The notes under the pieces are model-generated. The model had not been told where the DNA came from and made no database searches. It was given only the letters and a program-made list of their open reading frames with translations. Of a DNA stretch of 64,000 nt, positions 49,220 to 61,346 are shown piece after piece (the stretch's first letter is position 1; each line of letters starts with the position of its first letter). A program made the position numbers and the translations under genes. The stretch is from Utricularia gibba (Eukaryota; Plantae; Magnoliophyta): assembly GCA_002189035.1 (NCBI GenBank), contig CM007989.1, forward strand, positions 2,046,001 through 2,110,000, written 5' to 3'.

Positions 49220-49468
49220 ATGAAGCAACTTTTTCGTTCTTTTTCCTCTAAACACCGGTTGGCCCCGAAGGGTCACTTGGCAGTGTACGTTGGAGAAAAT
49301 GGCAATAAGAGCAGATTCATCATTCCGATTAGGTGCTTAAATCACCCTCTGTTTCTTGAGTTGTTGAAGAGTTCGGAGGAAGAATATGGCTTCAATCCTC
49401 CCATGGGAGGCCTTACCATCCCCTGCAGTGAAAGTGATTTCACATGTTATTTAACTAAGATGCAATGA
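49220..49468 (+). CDS. SAUR: SAUR protein 3
   Basis: [55 protein letters not shown]; TATA near 49125. Confidence 0.92.
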   Translation: MKQLFRSFSSKHRLAPKGHLAVYVGENGNKSRFIIPIRCLNHPLFLELLKSSEEEYGFNPPMGGLTIPCSESDFTCYLTKMQ

Positions 49469-50124
49469 TGTCGCTGGTGATTCTACTTGCATCAAGGAAT
49501 TTGTTTTTTTAGCTATCATGTATTATGGTGTTAGAAGTATTTGAAATAAGCACAAGCACTCTCCAAAAAGAAATGAACTGTCAAAATTCCAGTTAACTGT
49601 TGGGAGACAGGCTTCTTTCATCCTTAAAAAACCCATTTTCCTTGGAGTTCTCACTTTTCATTTGCATCAAACCCCTCAGCAAACCCTCTTTCTCTCCCAA
49701 CATGAAAATAGCTTTTTTGCAAAATTACTCAGAATGCAGAATTAATTGCCTTTTTAGAATAACTACGTAATATCAACTTGCAGGGTTTACACTTTTAAGC
49801 CGTAGTCCTAACTCGTCCTTCTTTGGTACCTTCAAAAGTTCTACTCATTACTCTCTGGCTATGAATCCGACACAAATGTATCAATTGTTTCCTGTAACCA
49901 TTCTCAATTCATGGTGATTCCAGATCGTTTGTTGTGGCATCAACGGTTTATCTTACCAGAATACTGCTTTTATTGTCTTAGAGGTTACAGAGAGCCAATT
50001 GTATGGTTTTCTGTTGTCTTTGCTTCAACTTATTTTCTGGGAGACAAGCAAAACCACATCTTTTGCTAGAAGAATGGCACCTGGGTTTTCACTCGGCGCT
50101 AAATTTGCAGACAATCTAACAAAG

Positions 50125-50153
50125 AAAATTTGCAAAATCTATGATCTAGACCC
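50125..50153 (-). promoter_or_regulatory. DST-like mRNA instability element in the SAUR4 3' UTR
   Basis: GGGTCTAGATCATAGATTTTG contains the ATAGAT core; the downstream GTA subdomain is imperfect. Confidence 0.3.
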
Positions 50154-50173
50154 ATGACGAATGATGGAATGCC

Positions 50174-50443
50174 TTACAAACCGCTCAAGCGCGATGCTAC
50201 TTGGAGGAAGAAACTATGACTACAAGGAATAGTGAGGCCACCCATCGGATGATCGAATCCATACTCTTCTTCAACATGTTGCAACAGTTCTCGAAACAAG
50301 GGATGATTCAAATATGATATCGGGATCACGAATCGCTTTTTTTCATTCTCTCCCACGTACACGGCAAGATGTCCCCTTGGAACTTCAGACGGCCATCTTC
50401 TTTCTCCAGAAAAGGACCTTCTAAGCATTCTACCAATAGCCAT
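50174..50443 (-). CDS. SAUR: SAUR protein 4
   Basis: [54 protein letters not shown]; close paralog of SAUR2. Confidence 0.93.
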   Translation of the reverse strand: MAIGRMLRRSFSGERRWPSEVPRGHLAVYVGENEKKRFVIPISYLNHPLFRELLQHVEEEYGFDHPMGGLTIPCSHSFFLQVASRLSGL

Positions 50444-51437
50444 AGTTTGCAAGAAAATCACCCAAAAACTGGAAAAGATTTTGCGTTGAAGTTGTGGTGA
50501 CTTGCAAATGGGGATGGTGCGTGCATTTTATAGGGATGCTTGGCGCGGAGCGGGGCGTGAGGTTAATATGCCGATGATAAGGTAGTTGAAGATTTCCGAC
50601 AGGGAAGGAGGAGAACATGGTGGAAGCACATGCATTTGTTTTTTTGGGGGATTTTATAGCAAAGCACTAAAATATCAAACCTGTAAGGCCTATAAGTTTA
50701 AGAGCAGCCCAGAACAACACACTGTGTAAGCTGCACAAATCATCTTCGGTTCAGCTGAGAACGTTCTTGATATCACTGAAAAAATCATCAACTTCAGGAA
50801 TGAGAAGAATTAAACAAAGGTATATGAGAAGCGCAGACTTCAATCTTCACTGGACATGGGGGAGCAAAGTTCAACAGGGGAGACAAGAAGTGGATTCTCA
50901 AAGGAAGGATATTATAAGGAAATTGAAACCAGGGGCTTGAATCCGCGGGGCAAATGGAATTGCAGGCTCCAACTTGTTTGAAGATAACTTTGCATGTGGT
51001 CGATGTTTCGAAAAAGGTGCTGCTTTTGGATCATCAGTTCAAAAGCAACTGAATGGGCATCAGAATGTCTGGCTCGACATCCCAAAACATGAAATTTACA
51101 TGAACTCAACCCGAGTCATTACACTGCTGTTACTCATAAACCAATCCGTGTGAAAACTTTGCTACATTTATTCTGTCCTCGGGCACTGGAAGCAACTCAG
51201 GGCAATGCTATGCTCATTTTTTCGAGAACAAGCCAACTTAAAGAGGAAGACCGGAGAGTATTTCCCTTGGAAAAATCAGATCTCATTGCAGAATGCTTTC
51301 CTTTAAGTGTTATGCTCAATGATTACAGACCCATCACAACACATATTGAAGCCAATCACAGAGCCACTGGCAAGAATCATCTTAAATACGTATATACATT
51401 AGAGGGTGGTACATGCAGGATCTAAAGTCCATCAATT

Positions 51438-54400
51438 TCATCCTAATGAGAAATAACCGGTCCGAATGTTTAGCTGCTGACGGCTAATTCCTGAGCTCAA
51501 GTGCCTCAAGGATGGATTAATGTCAACAGGCTTTTGATTGAATGGAGAATCAATCTTTGGCAGGAACCACCTTCTTATGGTGACACCATTTATCCGAATC
51601 TTTCCAAATGATTCATTGCCTATGTACGACAGCCCAAGGCGCCGCAGCATTGAGGCAATGGCTTGGCTTACCCTGTTGCCGGACAGAATAGTTTCCAATA
51701 CTCGCCGATTTGAGGTAAAATATCGAAGCCACGAAAATATGGCCTACCTTCCTGCAATAGTAATGGTTTTTTGTCCATCTGACGTCAGAACCTGTGCCTT
51801 CTCAGTAGCCACCAAGATCGTTATGTTAGGCAACTTGGCACCTGTGCAAATGTAGCACAAAGAGATCATACGCAACAAAGTGTTCACCGCATTCGTAATG
51901 ATTAAAATTTTCATGGTCATTGAAAGAAAAAATGCTCATGAAAGAGATTTTAAGTAATGCCCAAGTAAAAGCCCATCAATAATCAACATGATGAGGGTGG
52001 GAAAGATGCCAAAATCATGCTCATGTGCAAACATATAATCCACAGGTACATAAAAACCATCAAAGCAAGTTTTCTCCTGCAGCAAGAATCCAGAAAGATA
52101 AAAAACTTGCAGAGCAAGGATTCACCTGCAGCTAGGCGATACTTCAGACCTTTCAGCACCGTCAACAGATAAACCTGAAAGAAACTTTAGTCATTTCAGC
52201 GAAAAGTCACTAAAAAATTTCAAATGGAGGGTAGTCTGCGGCCTTCCAGTGAAGGGCATTAAAAAAATCATCAAAAGCTGCGAAAAGATGGAAAGTTAAG
52301 TAAAAGTTTCATGCTGCCATTTGGATATTCTTATGCTGCATAAATAGCCCAGTGAACTTGATTCAGCATAATAGTTCAAAAATGAGATACGCATAGACCG
52401 ATGCAACCAAGAGATGAATGCAAGCTTAATTGTTTGCCATAGAATCTCAAGCTGAGGTATCTCAAGATTGTCATTTTAATGTAGCGACTAGTTTATATGC
52501 TGCCAATTGATTCATCTAAAAATTTACAGTGACACAAAACAACTCAAAAAGGGAAATTCCCACCTCTGCAGTGTGAACCTGCAATGCTCTTGTATCAACA
52601 ACAATAGGACTTTCCTTGAAAGAAACAAGCGGAAAAACTCCAAGAGAAGAAGCCTCCTAAATTGCTCATAGAAATTGGTAAATAATAAAATGTGGGCAAA
52701 GGATTCATTATTCCAAAATTAAAAAATGATGAAGGTAATTGCAAACCTCCACTAAAGAAAGTGCACGTGGGTCATATTCCCCAAATCCATCGACAAGAGC
52801 ATAGAGATTTTCTCCTCTTGACGAACTAGTACTAGCTACAAGATTTTCAGTGAGCCTACTTCTTAAACATGCATCGAGAGGGACCTTTAAACATCCTAAA
52901 ACTTGTGAAAGCTCCCCAGTCGTTGGTGCTACACCACCTTTTAGTGTTTCCCTGTAAACCATCAATGCCAAAGATGTCCTATACAAAAGAATAAGCATGT
53001 CATCTTTCTCAACCTGACATTCTCCTTAATCATCTATAAACATGAGTTCTAATTGAAAAAAGTACTGAACTAAAAGTTTGTAAATGAGCAGAAAAAGAGA
53101 TTGTGTAAATTGCTTTAAATATACAATAATACAATTGATATTGTTTATTTGGACGGGGGAGGAGCTAAATGAAATTTCGTGCACTTTGAAAGAAGAATAA
53201 ATGAGGGATATGAAAATTTTATCTGCAATGCCAGTGATTTTATTAAATCCAAAATGAAAAGGAGACCATACCATTTACTGTTGAGTTGAACTCTCCCTGT
53301 TGTAAATGAAATTACTGACTCGGGAAACTGGCAAGCTGCCTGGAATCTCCTTAAACACATTGCTTCAGATAAAAAAACATTTGATAATTTAGAAAAACAA
53401 TGCAATTATAAATGACAACAATTTACACTTTCGTATTTGATATTGAAACAATAAAATGATGGTCTTTCTAGGTATTCAAAACCGAATAGTGAAAATGAAA
53501 TTCATCATCCAACTACTTTCCCTGAATAAGTTTTAATAGCAAAATCATAATATATTTAATACTTACATACGATACACCGACACATCACCAGGTTCAAAGC
53601 AACACCATCATTTTTAGCTTGAGATAGCAGCAGGAGCCCGGCATCTATATCATTCTTCCTGTGAAAGATATGAACTACCTCTCAACAGTTCGTATAATAC
53701 TGAGATGGAGGAAAATTATTTCTGCTATAATGCAAGGGAATTACTTTTCAGTTGCCACCACAAGAACTGAATATGTTATAGTATTAGGGCGTAGGCCAAC
53801 TTCCCTCATTTCAGATAAAATATTAATGGCTAATTTCATTTGGTCTGCATCACCTGAAAGTGTGAAAATTGACCGTACAGCAACCAAACAACAGAGGTAA
53901 GTTTTGGGTTTTAGCAAATTCAAAAATCAATATCAGAAAGCTTAATACAATAAGTGAAGATTAATTGCAAGAGAACTTGTGGCAGCGAACAACTTACACA
54001 AGCTAGTTATCAAGGCATTCATCATTGGAACTGTTGGCTTTAAACTTAATCGATTAATGTCATCATACAACTGCAATGCCTTCTTCCAATCTCCAGCCTA
54101 AGATGATACCCATAGAAAAGAGAACATGAACAATTTATGCTAGACAACTCAATGAAAGTCTCAGTCATTTAGAGCACAGACGCAGAAGAAGAAAATAAAT
54201 GTCTACTGACAAGTGAAAAAAAAAAAAAGGCCAAGGTGTTCACTGCCGAGAATTGTATCACCTAGTTGCATAATATCAAAGAATAATATAACTCGACATC
54301 AACATTTTGTCATACATTGCAACAGGCTCCCATCAAAGAACTGTATGATATAACACCAACATCCATTCCTTTAGCTTTTGCTTCTTGTATGATTTCAAAA

Positions 54401-56428
54401 GCAGCATCTACTTTTCCAGCATGTCCAGCAACATCAATCAACGCACTGATGAATACCTAGATTACCGTTTCATACAGAAAAATAAGATATGCAACAATGA
54501 CTGCTAGACGTTTGAACCAAATATTATGCCCCAGGGCTTCTTCAAACAGAGGATGGTAATCTAAAAGCGTACCTCATCGGGTTCAACACCTTTTTTCAGC
54601 ATGCCATCATAAATGCTGCAAGCGAACTCCCAATCATCTCCATGGCGACAGCAGCTATTTAGAGCAATAGTGTACAACCGTGCAGTGCCATGGATTCCAT
54701 ATTTATGAATCAAATTATAAACCTCCTTTGCCCGGTCACTCTAAAATCAAATGAGTATTCCCAATTAGGTGGATATCAAACAAACCAAGGGACCAGATAC
54801 CTAATAGATAGCAGTAATGGAGCATTAAAAATAAAAAATGACCTGACCAGCACCAGCACAGGCTTTCATGAGAGCACCAATGGTGATATGATCAGGGTCT
54901 ACAGGTGGTGCTTCTGCTCGCATTTCAGCCAACACATCAAACGCACGGTCCACTTCTCCAGATTGGCCGCATGCGGTTATAAGAGCATTGAAAACTACCC
55001 TGTCCGGCTTCACATTCTCCTATAGGAAAATAATTTAATCTGAAGGTAAGTGATTCTATTGAATTTTCGAGCGTGAAACTATTATTTAGTAATAAATTGA
55101 TAAGCCAGATGCCAAGAATAAACTGAAGAACAAAAATCATATCTAACTAAATCACCTTTGATCGTAGAATTCCATAGGCACCAAAAGCTTTAGCAAGTTG
55201 ACCAGCTTTTGCGCAGCCATCAATCAGCGCACCATACGTGTGAACATTTGGTTCAACTCCAGCATTGACCATTTCATGGAAAACCTAAAATAGTGTGTGA
55301 CAAAAAGCTAAGTTGAGAGATAAAAATTTGAATTGTCTTCACAACAAATGCATAACGGAACAACTTATCATATTTCATTCGTGGAATCACTCCAAATGAA
55401 GAGAAAATTTGCAACTATGTTCATTAAATAATTGAAATCATTGTCTGGTTAGTGTACGATTCCATACCTTGAACATTATATCCACTTTTCCACTTTTAGC
55501 ACAAGTAGATATCAATGCAGTATAGATCTTGCAGTCAGCATTTAGTCCAGTTTCCTCCACGGATTTCAATACTTTAAAAGCACCTGAAAGGAACAGCAAC
55601 AAATGAGTTCATCAAGCAACCAGGCAATGTTTCGATAAAACAACGTGCTAGTAGGTTAACAGACGTGGGGAGCTTCAAACCTTCAGAATCATGGGCGCTT
55701 GTGCAGACAGACATGAGCATATTAAATGTACTTAAGGTTGGATTCGGAATAAGTTTGGCGAACTGAAATGCCTGTTTAACAGCCTTTTGCTTTCGGCAAA
55801 CCTCAAAAAATCTCACATGATAGATCTGTAGAGGATCGAGCACAAGTAAACTTTTTTGGCAACTAGACTACCAACTTATTAGTGAGGTAAGGTAACCTTA
55901 TCCATATCCAGCAACCCTGTTTCTTCAAGATCTTCTAGCAATGCTATACAGTCATTCAGTCTAGAATCAAATAAGTGGTATTAATCAAATATCATACAAG
56001 TGTAAATACTCCAAAAAGGTTCAAATGAAAAATGATACACTTTCAAGCACAAAAATCCATTAGGTAATCAATACCACAACTCTTGATTGAGTTGCAGTCA
56101 TCTCTCTTGGAGTGAATGTTGCCCATTTACAAATACATCTCCCAAAGCAAGAAGGGAAAAAGAATCACCTGCCTTCTCCCAAAAGTTGGTTATAGACGCG
56201 TAATTGCCACGAAGGATTGCGAGCAGTACTACCAGTCTTCTCCATCGGATTAAAAGACGACATGCTCACAGGTTTGCTGCTTTGTAAAGCGCCGGCATCG
56301 TCGCGCCTTTTATCTCCGCAGTCTTTGTCGCCCATCACTCCGGTTGCTCGAAAAGCAAGACCATATGCACTTCGAGGGCATGTAAACACCGTAACTGGGC
56401 GCGGCTTCACGAAGAAGCTCGATTCCAT
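51438..56428 (-). CDS. MRL1: MRL1-like chloroplast pentatricopeptide-repeat protein with a short N-terminus
   Basis: About 17 exons. Motifs YNQLLGEGRLNDCIALLEDL, IYHVRFFEVCRKQKAVKQAF..LIPNPTLSTFNMLMSVC, GVEPNVHTYGALIDGCAKAGQ, VKPDRVVFNALITACGQSG and C-terminal GAKLPNITIL...LRRLGLSYIGNESFGKIRING. Confidence 0.88.
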
Positions 56429-57839
56429 TGGACCCAATCGAGTCTTGGGCGGAGGAGAATGCCTAAACCCTTACACGCGAGTGATTAACGTTATCTTAAA
56501 TATTCGAAGGTGAGAAGACCGGAACCAAATCACTTTACACGTGGACCTCCGCAGTCGTCCCCAGTACAGAACTACCTCAGCCACACAAAACTTATATCTC
56601 ACCATTCGATTCTCTTAAAAACAGATTCCGCCTCCGCTCCGGGGATTTCATAGCCGGATCTCCGTGCCAACTCGCTGCTAAGGCCCGATAACTTGTTCTA
56701 CATCTACAAGATCAATTAGGGCGGCCGAAAGGGTGTCCCTTTCTTACGGCCAACCCAACGTCTCCTCCCTGTGAACCCCTACAAACCAGATCAGGCATTA
56801 CTGTCCTCTTTTCTTTTCATTGGTTCATAAGCACTTTCATTCCATCCTGCCCATGTTCATGAACACGCTGCAATCCTTGACCTCCTAATCCGTGGAGTAG
56901 CCGCTTTTACTCCATCCCGCCACTGAGTGTAGCTTCAAACAATCCTACCTATAAGTAGTCACTCTTAACAACATCGCGCCTTCCAGTCTACCCACTGGAG
57001 AGTGATACTTGCGACAGTAATGAGACAAAGACTGGTCTTTCAAAAGACATGAACGGAGAGTACACTAGGCAAAAAGTTTACAACTTCATCCCCATAAAAC
57101 CGGAGGAGGCTTAGCACATCATGGCTAAACGTAGCACAAGTCCAACAAACTCTGAGTAAAACAAACATGAGTTTGGATGAAGAAGGGCAAGAATTCTGAA
57201 GAGCACCCGGGAATTCTCTGTTTCTCCTTCTTGCTTCTGCTCTCGACTACATCTCTAAAGTTTTCTTCACCACATCCTTTTTTTAGTTCAACCCCTTTTA
57301 TCTCTATTTCTATATAAAAGCTCTCCAATATCCAAGTAGTATGTCTCAGACACAGTTTAGCAACAGATTTCATTACATTACCAGTGTGATGCACACATGA
57401 AAAATGTTCCTTTTTGCAAGGTTTACGTTTATCAACTTGTCCATCCTCTTATATCAATCAGTCCACAGTACTTCAATCTATGAGATTTTTGTCTCTTTTT
57501 TTTTTTTTGAACATCGAATTTGATTGTATGTTATCGTTTTTTTTTTTTTTATCATACTCCGAATTTTGATTGGTGATCCGAGTTTCTCTAAAAGCCCAAA
57601 ACCAGTCACCAGTTCTCCTCCCAGCCGAGATTTCAAAATGGGTTGTGTAAAGTACAACTGGGCTGATTAGTCGGGGCGTGTCGAAGACCCACCAGCTTCA
57701 TCATGACCCCGATCCAGTCGGATGAAGCCCAGACGGCCGGCCCTGTGGCAGACTTCCAGAAGGTTCAAGCCTAGGTGACTGACGGCCAATGACCATTCGG
57801 GAATTATGGGCAATCATGCCCATAGTAGTGCATGAATAG

Positions 57840-58060
57840 AGTTGCCACCTTTTCGATTCGGAACCAAACACTTCTTTCCAATCATTAGTTCATAAACCGT
57901 AGTTCATTGTTGATTTTAATTTTGATTTCAACTCAAAATTGAATTTTCAAACTTTGAACCAAATCGAAACCAAAACCGAATCATATGATTTTAATTCAAA
58001 ACCAAAATCAAAGATACTGAATCAAACCTAAATCGGAACCAATTAATTAATATATTGATT
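57840..58060. mobile_element. Possible non-autonomous DNA-transposon remnant rich in (G)AACC(A/G) motifs; a similar tract lies at 36040-36257
   Basis: Clustered GAACC/AAACC motifs. TAGAGTTG occurs at 57838 and its reverse complement CAACTCTA near 36250. A matched TIR pair could not be shown. Confidence 0.3.
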
Positions 58061-59954
58061 AATATTTTATTAATTCATTCATTCATTTTAAGAAATAAAA
58101 TAGTCTGAATCCTACCTGGCCTCAACTACGTTTCGCGGCTGCTAGATGGTGCCAAGATCTACATTTGTGACACCACCTAGACATTGGTATGTGGTTGCTA
58201 GATAGTGCCCAGACCAACCTTCGTCTATGGTCGCTATTTGGGCACTTGTCATGGAATCCTCTTTCTAAGCCCTTTTTACTCAACTACTTCTTACCTAGGA
58301 CTTTGTGATATGAGCAGTTGTATTAGTATTATCTTGCCTTTGAGTTCTTTGACTATTGATAAAAGTCATGAAATGCACCTAATTCAAAAAAAAGGGTTTT
58401 TAAAATACATTAAAAGCTAACAATACTATCAAATTTTCATTCATTACTTATTTGACATTCTTAACATTTGCGTGTTGACAAATGCCATAGAATTCAAATG
58501 AAGTACTTTTAGATCAGCATCGAACAATATAGGTCCAAACAAGACAATTTCTAAGCATTTTTTACTACCGATTGTCACGAAATGCACCCAAATTTAAATG
58601 TCATGGTTTTACAACAAAAACGAAAAGAAACATCTCCAAATAGGGCAAATCTTGCTTGTTTGAATCATGTAGTTTTATTTTTTTTTTTCGAGATAAGAAG
58701 CATGTAATCGAAGAGCTTCCTATGGATTAAGATATTTCTTGGTCTAATTTACACATTTCAAATGTCAAAATATCCAAAGTAGCATACTGAGATTGATTTT
58801 TGAACAATGATTGTAAAAGTTGAAGACTGTCGCTGTGGTTTATCTGCATGAAAATGCTACTGTTAACCTAACATAAGAATGGCTTCTGGTAGTGATGGAC
58901 CAGACCGAATAAAGTAATGCTTTAATGGCCGGGCCGCACATACAGGTGAGTCTGCCTTTGTAGACGGAATGAATGCCATTCAAAACTCATCAGTGAGACA
59001 TCCGCACCCCACATCATTAATCTTTACTACACCCCATGTGTTGCTTTAAACCACACCACGCCTGTAAGTTTAATATCTACTGGACAAGAGATGCAAATCA
59101 CTCATCTCATGTTTCTAATCCACAGAACCTTGATGTGTTGTTTCATGATCAACCTTGCAATTAAAATGAAATCAACATTTCTGCATCTGTTTTCCAGTAA
59201 GATGCTTTTCTCTTGTATCAGATCTCGGGGTTCTTGCATTTTCATCTTGACTGCACTTTCCCATAAGACAGTCACTTGAGTAGAGATATTGTCTAGTCCC
59301 AGACACAATCTTGTTAAAACCATGTGAGTGTCCCATTAGTAAGTCATCAAAAGTAGAATCGTTTTCCAATTGAAGCTCATGGCAAAAGAAACCGTCTATG
59401 TTTTTCGTAGGTATATTTTTCCATTCACACCTGTAAATGAGTTGCTTACCGCTTCTTCATAAGTGTTCAAAATAGACTATAATCCACTGTGTTTAGTTTC
59501 TGAATACTTCTTGTGAGTGGATTCATCTCTTCAAGATATACACCATCCCATTAGTAAAATCTGGACAGTCTCGCTCTTCGAGTGTAGAACAGTAGAAAAC
59601 TAGATATCTTGTTCCACTTGAATGAGGGTTAGTTGGGCAATAAATGAAGGGAGCTGGCGATATTGCTAAGCTGTTTTTGCATGTGGACAACTTTCGTTGC
59701 TCAAGTTTGTCCATTTTCTCCAAGAAAGAAAAAAAAATTCATTTATTTAATCTTCTTTTCCATTACTCCTCTCCAATCCCGATCAGTTGAACCTAACATC
59801 ACATGATGCCATTGAAGTCTCTGTATGAGTGGTGAAGGTGCAAAGCAAATGTCTCGGAGTCACTTATATATACTGATGTCTTCTTTGTGAAATGCAACCT
59901 ATCAGCTTAGGCTGAGAATTTCCCTTAAGACTGTCATCGCCTTCACCCCACTCA

Positions 59955-61346
59955 ATGGGGAGGATTCCTTCCCCTTTTCAGGGATTCTTCTTGTTGTTTG
60001 TACTCCTTGCACCTTCGACATTATGCTTTGCAGATGCGGCCCCAATCTTTCATGTTTCTGGGTATGGAGAATGTGCTGACTGCAAGCAGAATAACCTCAA
60101 GACGAACCAGGCTTTCCCAGGTGGTTTGTTCACCTATTGCATTCGCTAGTCCCACACTCTACTAATTGCAATTCGCATTTCATTCTGTAGGTCTGCATGT
60201 GACCATTGACTGCAAACTCGGGAATGGAGGGATGCAAAGAGTTGGTGAGGGTGATTTGGATGAAAAGGGCAACTTCAACCTTCCTCTGCCAAAAGAACTT
60301 GTAGACGAAAGTGGGAAGAAACTGAAGCAAGAGTGCTACGCACAGCTTCACAGCGCCTCGGCGACTCCCTGCCCATTCCATGACGGGATCGACTCAGCCA
60401 AGATTGTGTTCAAGACTCTAGCTAATGGCAAGATGACATTTGGACCAGCAAAGAACATCAAATTCTCAACCACATTCTGCAATTCCAAAACCTTTTTCAA
60501 GTTCCCTCCACTTCCACCCCCCCCCTCACCCTTGGTTTAAACCTCCTGTCTACAAGCCACCGGTGGTGACACCTCCGGTAGAAAAGCCACCTGTGGTAAC
60601 GCCACCTGTTGAAACCCCTCCGGTATACAAACCCCCAGTTTACACGCCTCCGGTATATAAGCCACCAGTCTACAAACCTCCGGTTGAAAAGCCACCTATT
60701 TATAAGCCTCCGGTGTATAAACCACCAGTCTACAAACCTCCGGTCGAAAAGCCACCCGTCTACAAACCTCCTGTCTACAAACCTCCTGTCTACAAGCCAC
60801 CCGTCTACAAGCCTCCTGTGTACAAGCCACCCGTATATAAGCCTCCTGTCGAAAAACCACCCGTATACAAGCCTCCTGTGTATAAGCCACCCGTGTACAA
60901 GCCTCCTGTGTATAAGCCCCGTGTACCCTCCTGTGTATAAGCCACCCGTGTACAAGCCTCCTGTTGAAAAACCACCTGTGTACAAGCCTCCTGTTGAAAA
61001 ACCACCTGTGTACAAGCCACCTGTTTACAAACCTCCTGTTTACAAGCCACCAGTGTACAAGCCTCCGGTTGAAGCTCCACCAGTGTACAAACCTCCGGTT
61101 GAAGCACCACCAGTGTACAAGCCTCCAGTAGCAACGCCTCCCGTGTTTGTTCATCCGCCATTCCCCTTTTTCAAACACCCATTCCCAAAGGCGCTTCCAC
61201 CGCCGTTTCCCTTTTTCAAACACCCCTTCTTGAAGCCACTTCCTCCACTTCCACCATTTCCCACACTTCCTCCACATCCAAAACTTCCACCATTCCCCAC
61301 ACTTCCTCCACATCCAAAACTTCCACCCACCATTTCTCACCCGTAA
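59955..61346 (+). CDS. PRP4: Proline-rich cell-wall protein (PRP2/PRP4-like: Ole e 1 domain plus PPVYK repeats), two apparent frameshifts
   Basis: Signal peptide, [11 protein letters not shown]..., LHVTIDCK and [15 protein letters not shown]. Exons 59955-60120 and 60191-61346. Frame breaks lie in the C9 run at 60517-60525 and the C4 run at 60917-60920. Confidence 0.87.
60541..61140 (+). repeat. Coding 15-bp tandem repeat ([10 protein letters not shown], about 40 units)
   Basis: (AAG/AAA)CC(T/A)CC(T/C/G/A)GT(G/C/T)TA(C/T) periodicity read directly. Confidence 0.92.

Noticed and set aside
55018-55025. Tandem acceptor TAG-GAG in the MRL1-like gene (one Glu more or less)
   Set aside because: Both choices keep the frame; common and uninformative without RNA data.
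60497-61340. Minus-strand ORFs (YTGG/TGGL repeats) over the PRP gene
   Set aside because: Antisense shadows of the PPVYK repeat.
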